From Fimbriosthenelais zetlandica (taxonomy: Eukaryota), in NCBI GenBank assembly GCA_977030845.1, contig OZ365112.1:17918001-17982000 (forward strand): a stretch of 64,000 bases of DNA, given 5' to 3'. The notes under the pieces were generated by a model, which saw nothing but the letters and a program-made list of their open reading frames with translations, did no database searches and was not told the origin of the DNA. This document shows positions 14,501 to 26,762 of this stretch, in pieces. A program made the position numbers and the translations under genes. How positions within the stretch are numbered: the first letter of the stretch is position 1; each line of letters opens with the position of its first letter.

Positions 14501-15729
14501 GGACCCTGTCTGCATTCTTTGGTCGTTATGTAGAATCACATGGTGTGATATCTTTGAACCGTCGAACATTTCACTATATAACTGCTCCTAACTTCTTGCT
14601 AGAAATGCCTAAGTTTATCTTATGCTTTAGTGAAAGATGTGGATAATTATCGGAAAATGATGTGTTATAGTTTCATAGAACAGGGTTTGTCAAGTAAGAA
14701 CTAGTGAGAATCTGACAATGAAACATGACAATAAGAAACGAATGACAAGGTATCCATTGTGTAAGTGGATACATTAAGCAGCTGTTTCTCAAGCATGCCA
14801 GTTTCTCCTGTGGTGTCAACTCCGTCCCTCGTAGCTCTTCCTGGTCAGGAACTCACCGAATCGAAGCTTCCAAGAAATCTCAGCAGGTGGCCTGTTTTCC
14901 TCCACGATTTTTTGCGTTTAGCTTTGAGGTCGGATGTACGTGGTCCGTCCAGGTCCTCGTCCACTATAACTTTAACCGTGCCTCCTGGAGTCTCTCTCTT
15001 AGTCTTGTTTCCCAATATGTTCCGCATCATTAGGACATTCTTTGGAGCCCGCCACTGATGTTTATGGTTCTTGGATCTGGAATCAAGTTTGATCATTCCT
15101 ATTAAAACTATTCTCGACTCAGAGATAGAAAATCAGCTCGATTGAATCATTATCAATTGATTATTTTGGGTATTTATTTTCTGAAATATTTACCTGGTTT
15201 CCTCTGGAGATTCCTCTGACTCTGCTGCCACATTTTTACTGCGAGGCAGAAGTCTGATGATGGTACCGGGTTTCCTCCATTGTCTTAGATGAGACTTTCT
15301 TATTCCCGCTTTCTCGTCGTCTGATCTTTCTGGGTCCGAAGCATCGGTCGGACCGATAGTTGATGTCATCTTCCGTGGTCGCAGACGAAAAACATTCCTA
15401 GATTTGCGCCACTTCCGGCGTGATCTCTTGGCGCCATCTGATTCTTCTTCTGAGGCCTCTGGCGATTTGGCGCCAAATCTGGGGAAAAGTTTGAGGACGC
15501 TGTGAGGTTTGCGCCATTTCTTGAGACGGCTGTGAGTGTAGACCCCCCTGTGGGCTGGTTTCGCGCCTGGTTTGGATTGTTTCCTCCGGCCATGAAGCTC
15601 TCCTTCTTCGTATTCATCTTCTGTCACCTGAACCTCACATAAACCGGAAGGAATGGATCCCATCACAGAATGAAGCTCAGGTGATTGACGGAGGCCATCT
15701 CCATGACGCCTATGGCTGCCACTAATCTC
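11516..15729 (-). CDS. Upstream coding exons in frame with the SPMAP1 module: 15663(or 15729)-15194, 15076-14857, 13566-13319, 13154-13001, 12624-12463, 12350-12325, 11914-11789, 11574(or 11586)-11516
   Basis: Each exon is open and bounded by AG/GT, and phases chain (2,0,2,0,0,2,2,1) into 10319. The total from ATG 15663 to stop 28 is 2025 nt, or 674 aa. Exon 12624-12463 encodes a SPMAP1-like repeat (DNFVNDGV...LLPKYDGKDDVHCRAYFKRPDVQKLI). The 26-nt exon and the acceptors at 15077/8 and 11575/6 were chosen to fit phase, so they are less certain. Confidence 0.6.
13885..13897. promoter_or_regulatory. RFX X-box-like site (ATTGCCTAGCAAC)
   Basis: One mismatch from the classical EF-C/RFX site GTTGCCTAGCAAC; lies inside a ciliary/sperm-type gene. 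Confidence 0.5.
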
Positions 15730-18117
15730 CTATTTCCCATCTCTAGTCCGCGACAACTTCTCTAATCTCCAGCTGATCATCTTCAGGCCTGCCATCATTG
15801 GCTCACACTTGCTGCATTTAGCCTCACGCTTTTGGTGGCCTTCCTCCTGCTTTCCATGAGTTGTTTCAGTGTGGAATTATGGCAAATCTGGCAGTATAAT
15901 ACTTCCTTTCTCTGCTCCTAACACAACCAGATTGCTTCACCTCTATTTCTGATGGGCGTGTTTGCTGGGAGGATGGAAATCAAATCAGCACTGCTCCTGC
16001 TCCTGCCCTCCCCTCCTCTCCAAGCCAATACGCGCCAGCTCCATTCTGATTTTTTTGCCGTTTCCAAGGTTACCAATCCACACAGGAGACGCCATTTAAA
16101 GCTTTGGGAATTTTTGTCTGTTATTTTGTCAACAAAACCCGCTGTTCTGGCATCTTTTTAGTCTATTACCTACTGTGGGTAAAACCTGGTATTGCTCAGC
16201 TGTACCGGGAGAAGTCATTTGTTTGCATTCCACTGGCAATAGGGATATAGAAGAATAAATTAATAGTTCTCACTTTGGATCATGATGCATGTTGCTGAAT
16301 TGTCCAAGAATGTTTGCTCTTCGCATTCATGACAACTTTTGAAGCAATGAGTGGGGTGGTTTCGGTTAGGGCTTATTACCGATACAAAATAGATCAAAGT
16401 CACTGTTTGGTGCCCCAGTGATATTTGGTGGAGTATTATGCTTCAGTAGAATAATCGATCATAACGGTATTTTGAATTGGAACTGAAGAGGAATGAGTCT
16501 ATTTTAAGCGGACACCTAAGCTATATGGGCTGAATTTGACGTGGTATTTGGACACGAACTCATGAATTCTGTCTGATCTTTGAACTGGAAAGACCAAGAC
16601 CGACTAATTGTCATTGGGTAAAATACACAGATATTTTACAATAATAGGGTGCCTGTCTATAATGGAAAACCTTTAGCCCTTGAGTTTTTCTTTTTATAGA
16701 TATTTCACTTATGATGCTATTGACTTAAATTTCATTTTGAATATCAATCAAAGATATAAGTTATGATTATGATCTAAATTAGGAATTCCCACTTATTTGA
16801 GCGATGGGATGGTTTGCCCATTAACTTGTTGCCCTGGTAAGCAATAACATATAAACTGACTTAAGCTTTTGTCTCTGTCCTATAGAAGCTCCCGATCTGG
16901 TTCTCTACCGAACCTCATGCTTTATCAGTCAAGCGTAAAGTGCTGATCTTGGAAACGTGTAACTCTTTTTCCACAAATTTATGAGTTGATTTTATTGTCT
17001 GGTATTTTTATGACTATTGTGTATTATGGTTTCATCTTTTACAAAGGTTTTTCGTTGCACAGAAAATATTTTTTATACCAAGTATTTTTTCTATTGTTTG
17101 GATTATTCTGTTTCATTCAAAATAATCTTCTAATAAGTTATATTTTATTACTAACAACAATTTTCCACTTTTCCATTGTCATTTTATTAAAGTTTGTAAT
17201 TTGGTCAATGGTTTTCATGATATGTCGCAAGAAAAGTTTTATGTTCAGTGCTCAGTGAGTTAAATCAATCATGGCGATGAAGAATGATCCCAAATATGCC
17301 TCTTATGATTCATTTTATTTGAAATGGACACATTGTAAATGCTACACTAAATCTGATTCAATCACTAATTGTTTGAATACAATGTTCTTCTGCTTTACAT
17401 ATTTCAGGCAATTATATTTTGTCTATATAGAGACTACATGCTTCACATCATAAACATTATCAAGCTAACCACTCAGTTCACAAGCCAAAAATGCAGGCCA
17501 TTATTTATAACATTAATATAAATACCAGTTAATATAGCTGTATATATTGATTAAAATAGGAATATCCGAAATCTAGGAAACCGACAAACACCTACCTCCT
17601 GACTTAATATTTATAATAATAGACTACTCCGAGTGATGATCAAAGTGTTAGCGTTGAGATAGTTGCATAGGCTTCCATAAATAACTTTAAGCATGTATGT
17701 ATATATAATCCATATGAACTGACAGTTAAGATCATAGTTGCAATGGTATCATAGTAAACAATGGTAGACAGTATTTATAATTTTGGTAAATAATGAACAT
17801 AGTTAGAATATGTTGTCAGTTAGGATCATTAATATCGTTATATCTAAAAAATATCTTTTTAAATGAAATCACGATTGGACATTCAATTATTAGTCATTGA
17901 TAGATCTCACTGGAATCTGCCTTGATTAGGCTACATTAGTACCGTAATAAGGAAAAATAAGGAAATATACAAGTTAATATTCTGATTAGACTTCTTACAT
18001 TTTAATTGCAGCGCACACCTACATTTCCAGCCAAACTTTGAGACTGCCAGGTTTCAAGAAGGTAGGTTTGTTATCTGTTCAATAAGCTTTTCTTAAGCTG
18101 CTAAAATGTCTACTTAC

Positions 18118-18858
18118 TGAAGTAGTACTGTAAGTTGAAATCCGCCCGGGGTTTTTACAGATATCCCTAGTTTCAGATGATCCTAATGTTTTAGAGAGTG
18201 TTGTTTGCACGCCTGACTTTGTGAAGTAGTCCTGGCAGTGTTTGTCTGTTAGAGCGTTGTAAGGCGGGAGTAGGGTATCCTTGTATTTAGTTCGCAGTTT
18301 TTCCGCGTGAATCGCGTCGTTGACGAAGCTCTTGGAACGTTCCTCCAATTGTTCATGTCTTGGGGAAGGAGGACAGCGCCGCCTTGTGGACAATTTGTTA
18401 AACGTCGATTTGGGCCTCGGTTCCTATGTTCAGAAAGATTGTAGGATGAATGATGAAACTTGGTTGCACAAATTTGTCCTCTTCCACTCCATTAAATTAA
18501 AATTGGTCTCATATCGAATTGGAATTCTAATCTTAAAACGAACAAAATAAGTTATCTTACAAACCTGGCTTGAGTCAAGGTTGAGTGTTAGATTGATGAT
18601 GGATTTAACGAGTGGACTTTTGGTGTAGGATCGGGCGGCTCGGTCGTTTAACGCGTCATATTTAGGTATGATTGGGATTCTCCTGGGTACATTATAGGTC
18701 CACGTCTTCACAGCGTCATTAATGAAACCTGTCTCCAGTTCACGGTAAGACATATGATCCTTGACGTCATATCCGATACTCCCGGGGATGTTTCCCATAA
18801 TACAAACCCCAGCGTTCTTTTGACTCAGTGGACTTCGATAGAGATGTTGCCTACCCAT
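18118..18858 (-). CDS. Two SPMAP1-like repeat exons (18858-18565 and 18423-18118); 5' part of the same gene or a tandem paralog
   Basis: ATG at 18858 in AAAACATGG context, 7 nt after the acceptor at 18866/7. Repeats GFINDAV...IIPKYDALNDRAARSYTKSPLVKSII and SFVNDAI...LLPPYNALTDKHCQDYFTKSGVQTTL. The phase-0 junction CAG|gtttgt...catag|GAA fits, and the second exon ends TCA|gtaagt. Confidence 0.75.
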
Positions 18859-19367
18859 GTTTTATCTGAAATAGTAAATTTAACATGTATCGTATACATA
18901 TGTATCCCACATACATTAAAATGTAGGCCTATATAGGGGCCTACCATGGCAGCATTGCTGAACAAAATGGCATGATAAGTAAGCATGTATTGATCTATAG
19001 AATCCACAAAATACCTCTTTTCCAATGAAAAATTGCAATCCATGGATTATCTTGTCCTGGGTAAGATTATAGATATCACAGCTTCATTAAATAAGGTTCA
19101 TTTCAATATTTCCTGTTTCCACTACATTGAATTTCAATGCTTTGAAATGAAACTATTTGTTTTGTTGAAGACAAATTCCAGAAGGGTTTTGTATCCAGGA
19201 GGGGGATTTATATGTATATAGAAGGTCAATAACAAACAATCCCTGAGTACTGGATTTTGCTTATACTGAAAATCGGAAGTTAATCCTTAGATTATAGGTG
19301 CGCTGTTCATTATTTACCCCCCAGCCACTCCCATCAGGCATGTAGATTAAAATTAGAAAAATCTTAC

Positions 19368-19502
19368 CTTTTTTAAGCGATTCTTTTGGCCTGCGGGAGA
19401 ATTTCTGGTACAATTTCGCTTGTTTCCTACTCTAGCTATTTCTTTGAGGTCTTCTCGCAGGACCGAATTTAGTGTTATGATTTTATTCAGTTTGTGACGG
19501 GT
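19368..19502 (-). other. Probable non-coding (5'UTR) exon of the SPMAP1-repeat locus
   Basis: 135-nt segment bounded by tttgtag| and AAG|gtaag. It has no ATG, and its open frame meets a stop (ATA AAA CAT GGG TAG) when joined to 18865. Confidence 0.5.
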
Positions 19503-20790
19503 CTACAAATCACATAATATTATATATGTAGGTTTTGTTTGACATGAAACCTTGCCTACAGACAGGCGTGTGAAGCACCTCTGTGTGACACTGACGTCCG
19601 GCTGCTAACTGTGCCAAACTCGCCGCTGGTTTCTCCTATATTTATGTCGCCTTGTCAAATGGTTATTAGTTACAGATCAAGGCTTTATTCGCGGTAAAGC
19701 GGTCAAATTACAGTTATTATGTGTTGATAGTCAAACATGGAAGAATTAACAAGCCTCGATTTATTTTAGTTTGGTCTGTATTTCACAATTAGGCCTAGAA
19801 TCTATAGACCCCTAACTACGATAAATTTCACGGAAAAGGTGTTTTTAATATGTCTTTTTATAATATAAAGTTAACATCTCAATGATTCAAAGCAATCTTA
19901 TAGGTAAGTATCAATTTAATGGATATATACAAAATACTGAACTAGGACATAGTTATTCAAAGTAATGATGAAATCTATAACATATCTGTCCCATATTTAG
20001 GGTCACATAATTATGGAACCAAGAATACCAATTCCTTGCATTGTTCAATGCTATTCTTGTGTACTAAAATGTCTACAGAATGAAAAGTGGGTTATTGCCG
20101 AGTACAAGATAACGAACTTCTTATCAAAGGATGAGTTTGTTAAATGTTTCATTATTGATGACCTTCATAGAGTCTATATACTGAGATCGCCTTTCAAATA
20201 CATTATATACACATACAGCTATCATATCATCAGAGGCCTGGAAATCACAGTCTTTTGCCTTCTATACCATTATGACTTTCATGAACTGGAGTTACTGCTG
20301 AAAGGTCGGGAGATTCAAAATCTGGATGAAGATGCATAAAAAATGATGGAATTGATGTTCATTTGCAGACAGGCCTTTACCTCCAATTACCAAAATCTTT
20401 CGGAAATTCCTATAGGGGTTTATATATGTACATCCCTTATCAGCCGGTACTTTTCCTATAACCCCACTCGTCCGTGAATGGAGCTTTTTCTAAGAAGGAA
20501 GGAATCTGTGGGGAAACTATGAATGAAATGTTCATAGAATAAATCTCAGTAATATACAATGCCTTCAAAAGCATTTCAGCTCGAGTAGCATATCGTCCAG
20601 CGATACTTGACACTGTCAAAAGCCGAGTCAAAACACCCACTGCATTCCATTGAATTATCATGAATTAGCCTATACCTTGGATTGTCTTGGGATGTTCATA
20701 GGATTCAATATACAACCCGTGCTGAAGTACTGACCAATTACAGAGTACTTATTCAACTGTTGATGATCAGTAATCACTATAATCTCTTGA

Positions 20791-23700
20791 TCACAAGCTT
20801 CGTTTGTAAAGTTCTGCTGGTAATACTCCATCATTGAATGTTGGTTTGGATCCAGGTACTATAATGAGAATTACAATGTAAGCAACAATTGTACCGATAA
20901 AGAAGATCCAAAAGAGTAGCCTATCTATGATTGTGGCAATTGTCTGCCATTCCACCACCATTTCCCGCCTGGACTTGAGGGCCATCTCCTTCTGGCAGCT
21001 ATCTACCACATGATTGGATATCGTTTGCTGTTTCCGCCATTGCATCCGTTCTGCTGTTGCTGTATCCCGCTTGGCTGCAGCACTAGCACCCTCTGTGGCT
21101 GAGCTGTAGTCCTCGTCATTTCCTGTGATAAATCCTGTTTCGTCATCAGTGTAGACGACACGTGATGACTGATTGTTAGGTTCATCAAATGTATCGGATG
21201 CACGATGTTGTGTTCTGTTGGTCACTCCACCGGAAGTGCTCGGTTCTCTGGGTACCCAGACGGGTTCCTCAGTGATTATATCAAGATCATCCGTCGAGCA
21301 CATGCCTGCATTTTGCACACCAGAAACTGGGGCGTGTGACCTACCGTTTTGTGAGCGCTGCATAAGGGCCTCACGAGGGCTATTTTGGCTTGTGTTTGGC
21401 TGGAAGGTAGCTGATGGATCTATTTTGGTAAATCTTTTTGATAAGTCATCAAGATCGTTTTCACTGGGTGATAATGTCATTGATGGGGAGGTCGGAGTAC
21501 TTTTCATATTCATGAGAGGATCCTCCGCCAATCTCTTTGATTGCTCAGACATTTGACCCTGTATGCGCTGATAGTTGTGTGCCTCACATTCATAACGCTC
21601 TTCCTCTTCTGATGTCTGGAAATAAGCCGAGATTTATGATTAGAAATGATCAAAATCAAAGGTATCAACTGTAGCCTATAGACCTACGTTACACAGGTGT
21701 TGTTTCTGTAGACTTCTAAATAGTCACAATGTTTAATCAGCAACAGAAATATCAGTAATAGTTTACCAGTCTGATTGTCTGAGCCAGTCGTTCTATGTCT
21801 CGTGACATCCTCAACAATCGACAGATCCAGTCCAGTACCACTACTTTAAGCCACCTGGGGGCACGGCGGGCCTTGGAACCTCGATTATACACGTTTATAA
21901 CTAGTACAGCCATCACAACCGAGAGCGATGTCATTGTCATCACCGTAGTTAAATAAATCCCTGAAAATAGGTTTATTTGCAATAAAAAGGCAATCAACGT
22001 CAAATAAAAGAACCTGCAAGAACCATAATGTTCAGATCTGAATGCAACATACAGCAAAGTCATCGTTAAAAGTAAACGCTTCAACTCACCAATGAGAGGA
22101 ACTGACTCTGATGTTGCTGGAACCTCTTCAGCAATAAGAAGCATAAACATAGAGAAAGCTAAGAAGACGGAGAGCCCCAGACTGATCTTCTCTCCACAAG
22201 TGGTGGGCAGCCAGAAGGTGAGAAGTGTAAGGACAGAGAGCATGATGCAGGGCACAATAATGTTAAAAATGTAGAAGAAAGTCCTCCTCCTGATGTGTAG
22301 GGTGTAAGTGAGGTCTGGATGAGGTTCAGAACAACACGCGTACTTCCTCACCCCCTTCTTGAAACTGATGGAAAGGAGTTCCCATTCACTATTGTCTATA
22401 TAGTACCGCAAGTCAACGTCTTCGATAGAACTTTGAAAATCCATCCATTCACCGGAATAGATCCATGAGCCGAAGCGCAGGATGCACTTTTGGTCATCGA
22501 AGGGGAAGTAGGTGATGTCAACTTTGCAGGAGGATTTGAGTTTGACAGGGACTGGCCAGAGCACAGTTCCAGTCCAGTTTAGTGAGACGTACACTCCCTG
22601 CATAAATCCAGTCGAGCCATCATCAGCACTGAAAGGCATGCGAGGACATCATAAAAATTGATCACAGACAAAATGCATGTTGTTTTTAGCCAGTCAAATG
22701 TGTGCCTACAGTCACTGTGACATCTATTCTTAGAAATACTCACTTATTGAATATAAAAGTGTCTGGAAGCCAGACATACGATGCTGGAACTCTGAGAGAT
22801 TTGATTCCATTATAATGCTCCGTGTTCCACTTGAGATTCTCATCTTCCCATGTCTGCAATCAAATCAGGGTGTGGATTAGGACATAGTGTCACTGGATAG
22901 TGATATTTCTAAGCAGGGAAAATCAATTCATGGATACATTTGACAGACCTACCTGATCGATGAAAACGTTTGTTGTTAGCACCTGCTTTCGTTCGTCCTG
23001 TCAATATAAAAATGTATTTATATATGAAGATAACTTTTAATATGCTATATATAACATATATATAACAGAGATGTATAGGTGATATGCACATATATTGCTC
23101 CGTATCCACTTGTCAGTTGCATCTTTCTATGAATTGAATAGGAAGATGCATCTCTAACGACTGTACCCATCTGCTATGGTAATTATTCCACGCAATATTT
23201 TTACGGGATGCCTCAGGATATTGGCAATTGAAGTGACGTCGACCGTTAAATAAGGAACCGTTAACCTATGAAGGTCGTTGGGAGACCCTGAATATCAGGT
23301 GACTGACATGGCGGAATGTACATACTGAGCGTCTGTGCTTGAGGAACCAGCCCATTTCAGCTAGAAATGGGCCATTTCCTGCCTACTCTGATGCACATTC
23401 TTTGGCCAACAGTTCCTTGGAAATGAAGACAGGCATGAAGTATAGCGGTGCCCTGACTCTTGTATGCGAATCTGCCTGTTAACTGGATGGGAACTGGATG
23501 TGGCCTCTTGTTATTGAATTAACGGTACTGATAAGGTCAGTGCATAGGAATAACATTAGGCCCATGAGTGAATATTAGGACTTACTAAATCTATGATTTG
23601 GTTAAGCGTGAGTTTGAAGTTAACGAGTATGGTTCTCGATGCATTCATCACTGGGCGGACGGAGCTCTCGTAGCCCATCATCAAGTTCTCATATAAGCGC

Positions 23701-25536
23701 TGCTCATCTGGCACTTGGGGTCGTCTTTCTGCCTCTGCAAATAGGAGCACGTGTATGGAATGGCATAGGTCTCAGGAGCATAGAAATCTAATGAGAAATA
23801 CACTGGTTATTGTGCCATGGTTAATTCACACATGTCATATTACAAATCTTTTTATCTGACAAGAATCTCACGAGCTAATTCATACCAGGAGGAAACCTGT
23901 TTTTTTGGCCAGGAAACCATTTACTTCAAGTGTAGATTGTTCTTACTACATTTGTGATGATAGACGCTTTTCAAAAGGGATCAAGGAAGAAAAGGTATAC
24001 ACACATGCATTCAGTGGACTTTGCAATGAAGCATTTGGAATGGTAGAATCTACATAGGTTGGTTTGAATGGCAGCGATTGCCAGGAAAATGATAGGGACA
24101 AAGGGAGGAAGCCTGAAGTGCCTTTAGTTGCTATTCACCTAATTAAATAATTGATTATGATTCTTTGATGGTTAATCTATAGTTTCATCTATAGTCCTAT
24201 GCATCCAACCATTCATTACCAGTTCATGCACGGGGGTATTATGTTCTATGTTAATTGGTTATTAATTAGAATGGTAAATACCCATCGTCGCACTCGTGAG
24301 GTCGGATTGGCTCACGTTTTCCGATACAGTTGGAGCTACTCCCGAAAAAGTCTCCGTTAATGGTCCCACTGAGGAGTTGAGGGTGTCAGGTCTTGATGTG
24401 AAATCCATGCTAGAGAGGTGGCAGTCTGAAAGGAGGCCAATGGGTGAAAGGGGAAACCCAAGTTATTGCAGTCAAGAAAAAGCTTGTGGTAGGCTGTGGG
24501 ATTAAATAAACAGCAAATTGCAGTGTCGAAAAATACATGCATGCATTCAATAAGCTACACAAGTGACAATCAGGCAAGAAAGTAGTACTAACAGCCAAAC
24601 TTTCTTCACTCGATCTAAGGCCTTAATAGCTAATGCATTCTGCCATGTGGTAGATGCTCAATGGTCGGCAGTTTTAAGCCAATTAATAATGATGATGGAT
24701 GATGACGGAACACAATGGCAACTTTAGAACGTAGCCTAATATAAATGGCTCTCCATGACGTCCTGGTGCAATGTTGGCATATATATTATCATAGTTGCTG
24801 TTTGGTTCCAATTTAATAGTTTGTTTGCTAGAGGCACAATGCCCACTGTCCCAAGCACCAGGACAAACAACAATGAAGTTCCCTATCAGCTTTGCTATGG
24901 AGTGGGATAATTTTTCTATTTCACGCTTTCATCTAAGTGCTCCCGGGGGTATCAAGATTTAGAATGGGAGTATGTAGTCTGCACGGAGGCTGGAAAGCCT
25001 GCATGTGTGGTGTTGGTTTGTCGGTGCTGGTCATATGGGGAGCCCTGTAGAGATGAATGTTTTTATAGAAATGGCTGGGAGAAGATATTGTTGACATTAA
25101 GTTGCTGGAATAACATAGACCTTGATGGAAGCAAAATAAAGCTCCAGATCAACGTTGGATCTTTTGTACATAAGATTCCCAGCACGTGAATGAAGTCCGT
25201 TTAGTTGCCACTATTATCGGAATAGTATTCCCTTTCTTGAATAAACACAAGAGCTCTATTCATTCCAAATCTAAATAGAACTGAATGCAGTTCTACTGCA
25301 TGTATTTCACTGCCCTTAGTAGTTTTATCCTTTGATAGTATAATCAATCTAAATTGTAAAAGGAATTTAAGAGGTGGAAGCTTTTGGAAAATGTGCTATA
25401 GCATGTACGTGGGAGCTGATGGCAAACACATATTAAGGTCAGTGATCTGCAAGTGATACTTACCCGTTGCAACGATGTTGAGTAGGACATATAAGCCTAC
25501 AAAAGGTATTTTCGAGATCTCGGACCGACACGCCAT
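20791..25536 (-). CDS. Nicotinic acetylcholine receptor alpha-type subunit, cation-selective type, probably of the alpha9/10-like lophotrochozoan group; exons 25536-25464, 23734-23586, 22997-22953, 22853-22744, 22628-22090, 21960-21767, 21615-20791 (644 aa)
   Basis: Signal peptide MACRSEISKIPFVGLYVLLNIVATG; Cys-loop CKVDITYFPFDDQKC; loop B GSWIY; vicinal cysteines KYACCSEP; M1-M3 with the GEK motif; M4 WQTIATIIDRLLFWIFF. The 45-nt and 110-nt exons are typical of nAChR genes. All junctions are GT-AG and phase-consistent (1935 nt). An acceptor 2 nt before the ATG implies a further upstream UTR exon. The subtype is an inference. Confidence 0.95.
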
Positions 25537-26748
25537 TTCTGAAAAAGGAAAGAAGCGTACTTCATAAAGTGATATTCATACATATTAATCAGCTTTTAAA
25601 CCGCCCATATATGTGGTTTAAGGCTCTGCTGCTCCAGACTCCTACTAGGGAACAGCTCGCCTATGAAGAAACTAAGTCAAGATTTGGAGGGGGACTTAAG
25701 AGTATGGATGGAATGGACCATCCATCTTCTACATCCTAGACGTTAGTGGCACTCGGGAAAGCTTTAACCCCCACTCCCACTGATATCTGCCCACAATAAC
25801 TATAACACTAAGCCTCTATTTTTTTTCTTGGTAACAAGGCTATATATAATTGATGATGATGCTGCAGGTTTCATGAGGCAGAGATTACTTGGATTATACT
25901 ACTTAATTCACTCGGTGAAAAATTTATCAATTTTAGTTTGAGTTGAGAACTATAATCGATATAGATATTATGCAGAGCTTTCTAGATAATGGAATTGCCC
26001 TCGGGGCACCAATCCTAATTCCTTTGATATAATGACTCTTCCATAAGAAATCAATGTTACGTCCTTGAATGAATGGAAAGAGGTAACATCCCTACAATAT
26101 CTGCATGTTCAGTATCATTTGATATGGGCACAGTCATCCTCTGCATTTTGTATGAATCTTGTAGATTAAAATCAAGACAATTTATGAGTGTTTATCTTAG
26201 TAGGTTTTACCCAAATTGTTCCTCGTCATAGATGTGAATCTCTGTCATGTAAATATAGGTACAAATGAGCAGTTTGTAAATTGGAGAGGACATGGTATCA
26301 CGAATCTCCTAATCTCACTAGCTTGGTCTTATGCGACCCTCATTCCCTCCTGCACCCAACCATGGAAACATGCCAAAGCTTTGTGCTAGGCGATTAAGTG
26401 GAAGTCCCCGCGTCTATACCGGCAGATAATGATTGCTAAAAGGGAAGTTTATGTGGAAGGTGCGTGATTAGAGCGTCTTGGTCCACATCTCCCATGCGTT
26501 TTTATCATCCAGCTTCATTACAGAATAGATCTAGCTATCACGTTTGTTCTCCTAGCTGATTCTGCTGTGGGAAAATGAATCAATTGGATTATTAGATTTA
26601 ACATTGAAATCCCTCATTGAAATAATGAAATTATTTACATTTGAAAGGGAATGGATGAATATATGAGAGTATTTTAGTGGGAAAAGAAATGGGGCAAGGC
26701 AGGCGGCTATAACGGGGAGAATCCAAGACAAAGAACAGCCACATTCCT

Positions 26749-26762
26749 GTTGCCAGGGCAAC
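26749..26762. promoter_or_regulatory. RFX X-box (GTTGCCAGGGCAAC)
   Basis: Full match to GTNRCC-N0-3-RGYAAC, 1.2 kb upstream of the nAChR start codon. Confidence 0.55.

Noticed and set aside
20013-20339. 108-aa plus-strand ORF
   Set aside because: Antisense to the presumed nAChR 3'UTR, with no recognisable family or partner exons; likely chance.
21173-21556. 127-aa plus-strand ORF, and the similar ORFs at 14765-15058 and 22092-22274
   Set aside because: Mirror-frame shadows of genuine minus-strand exons.
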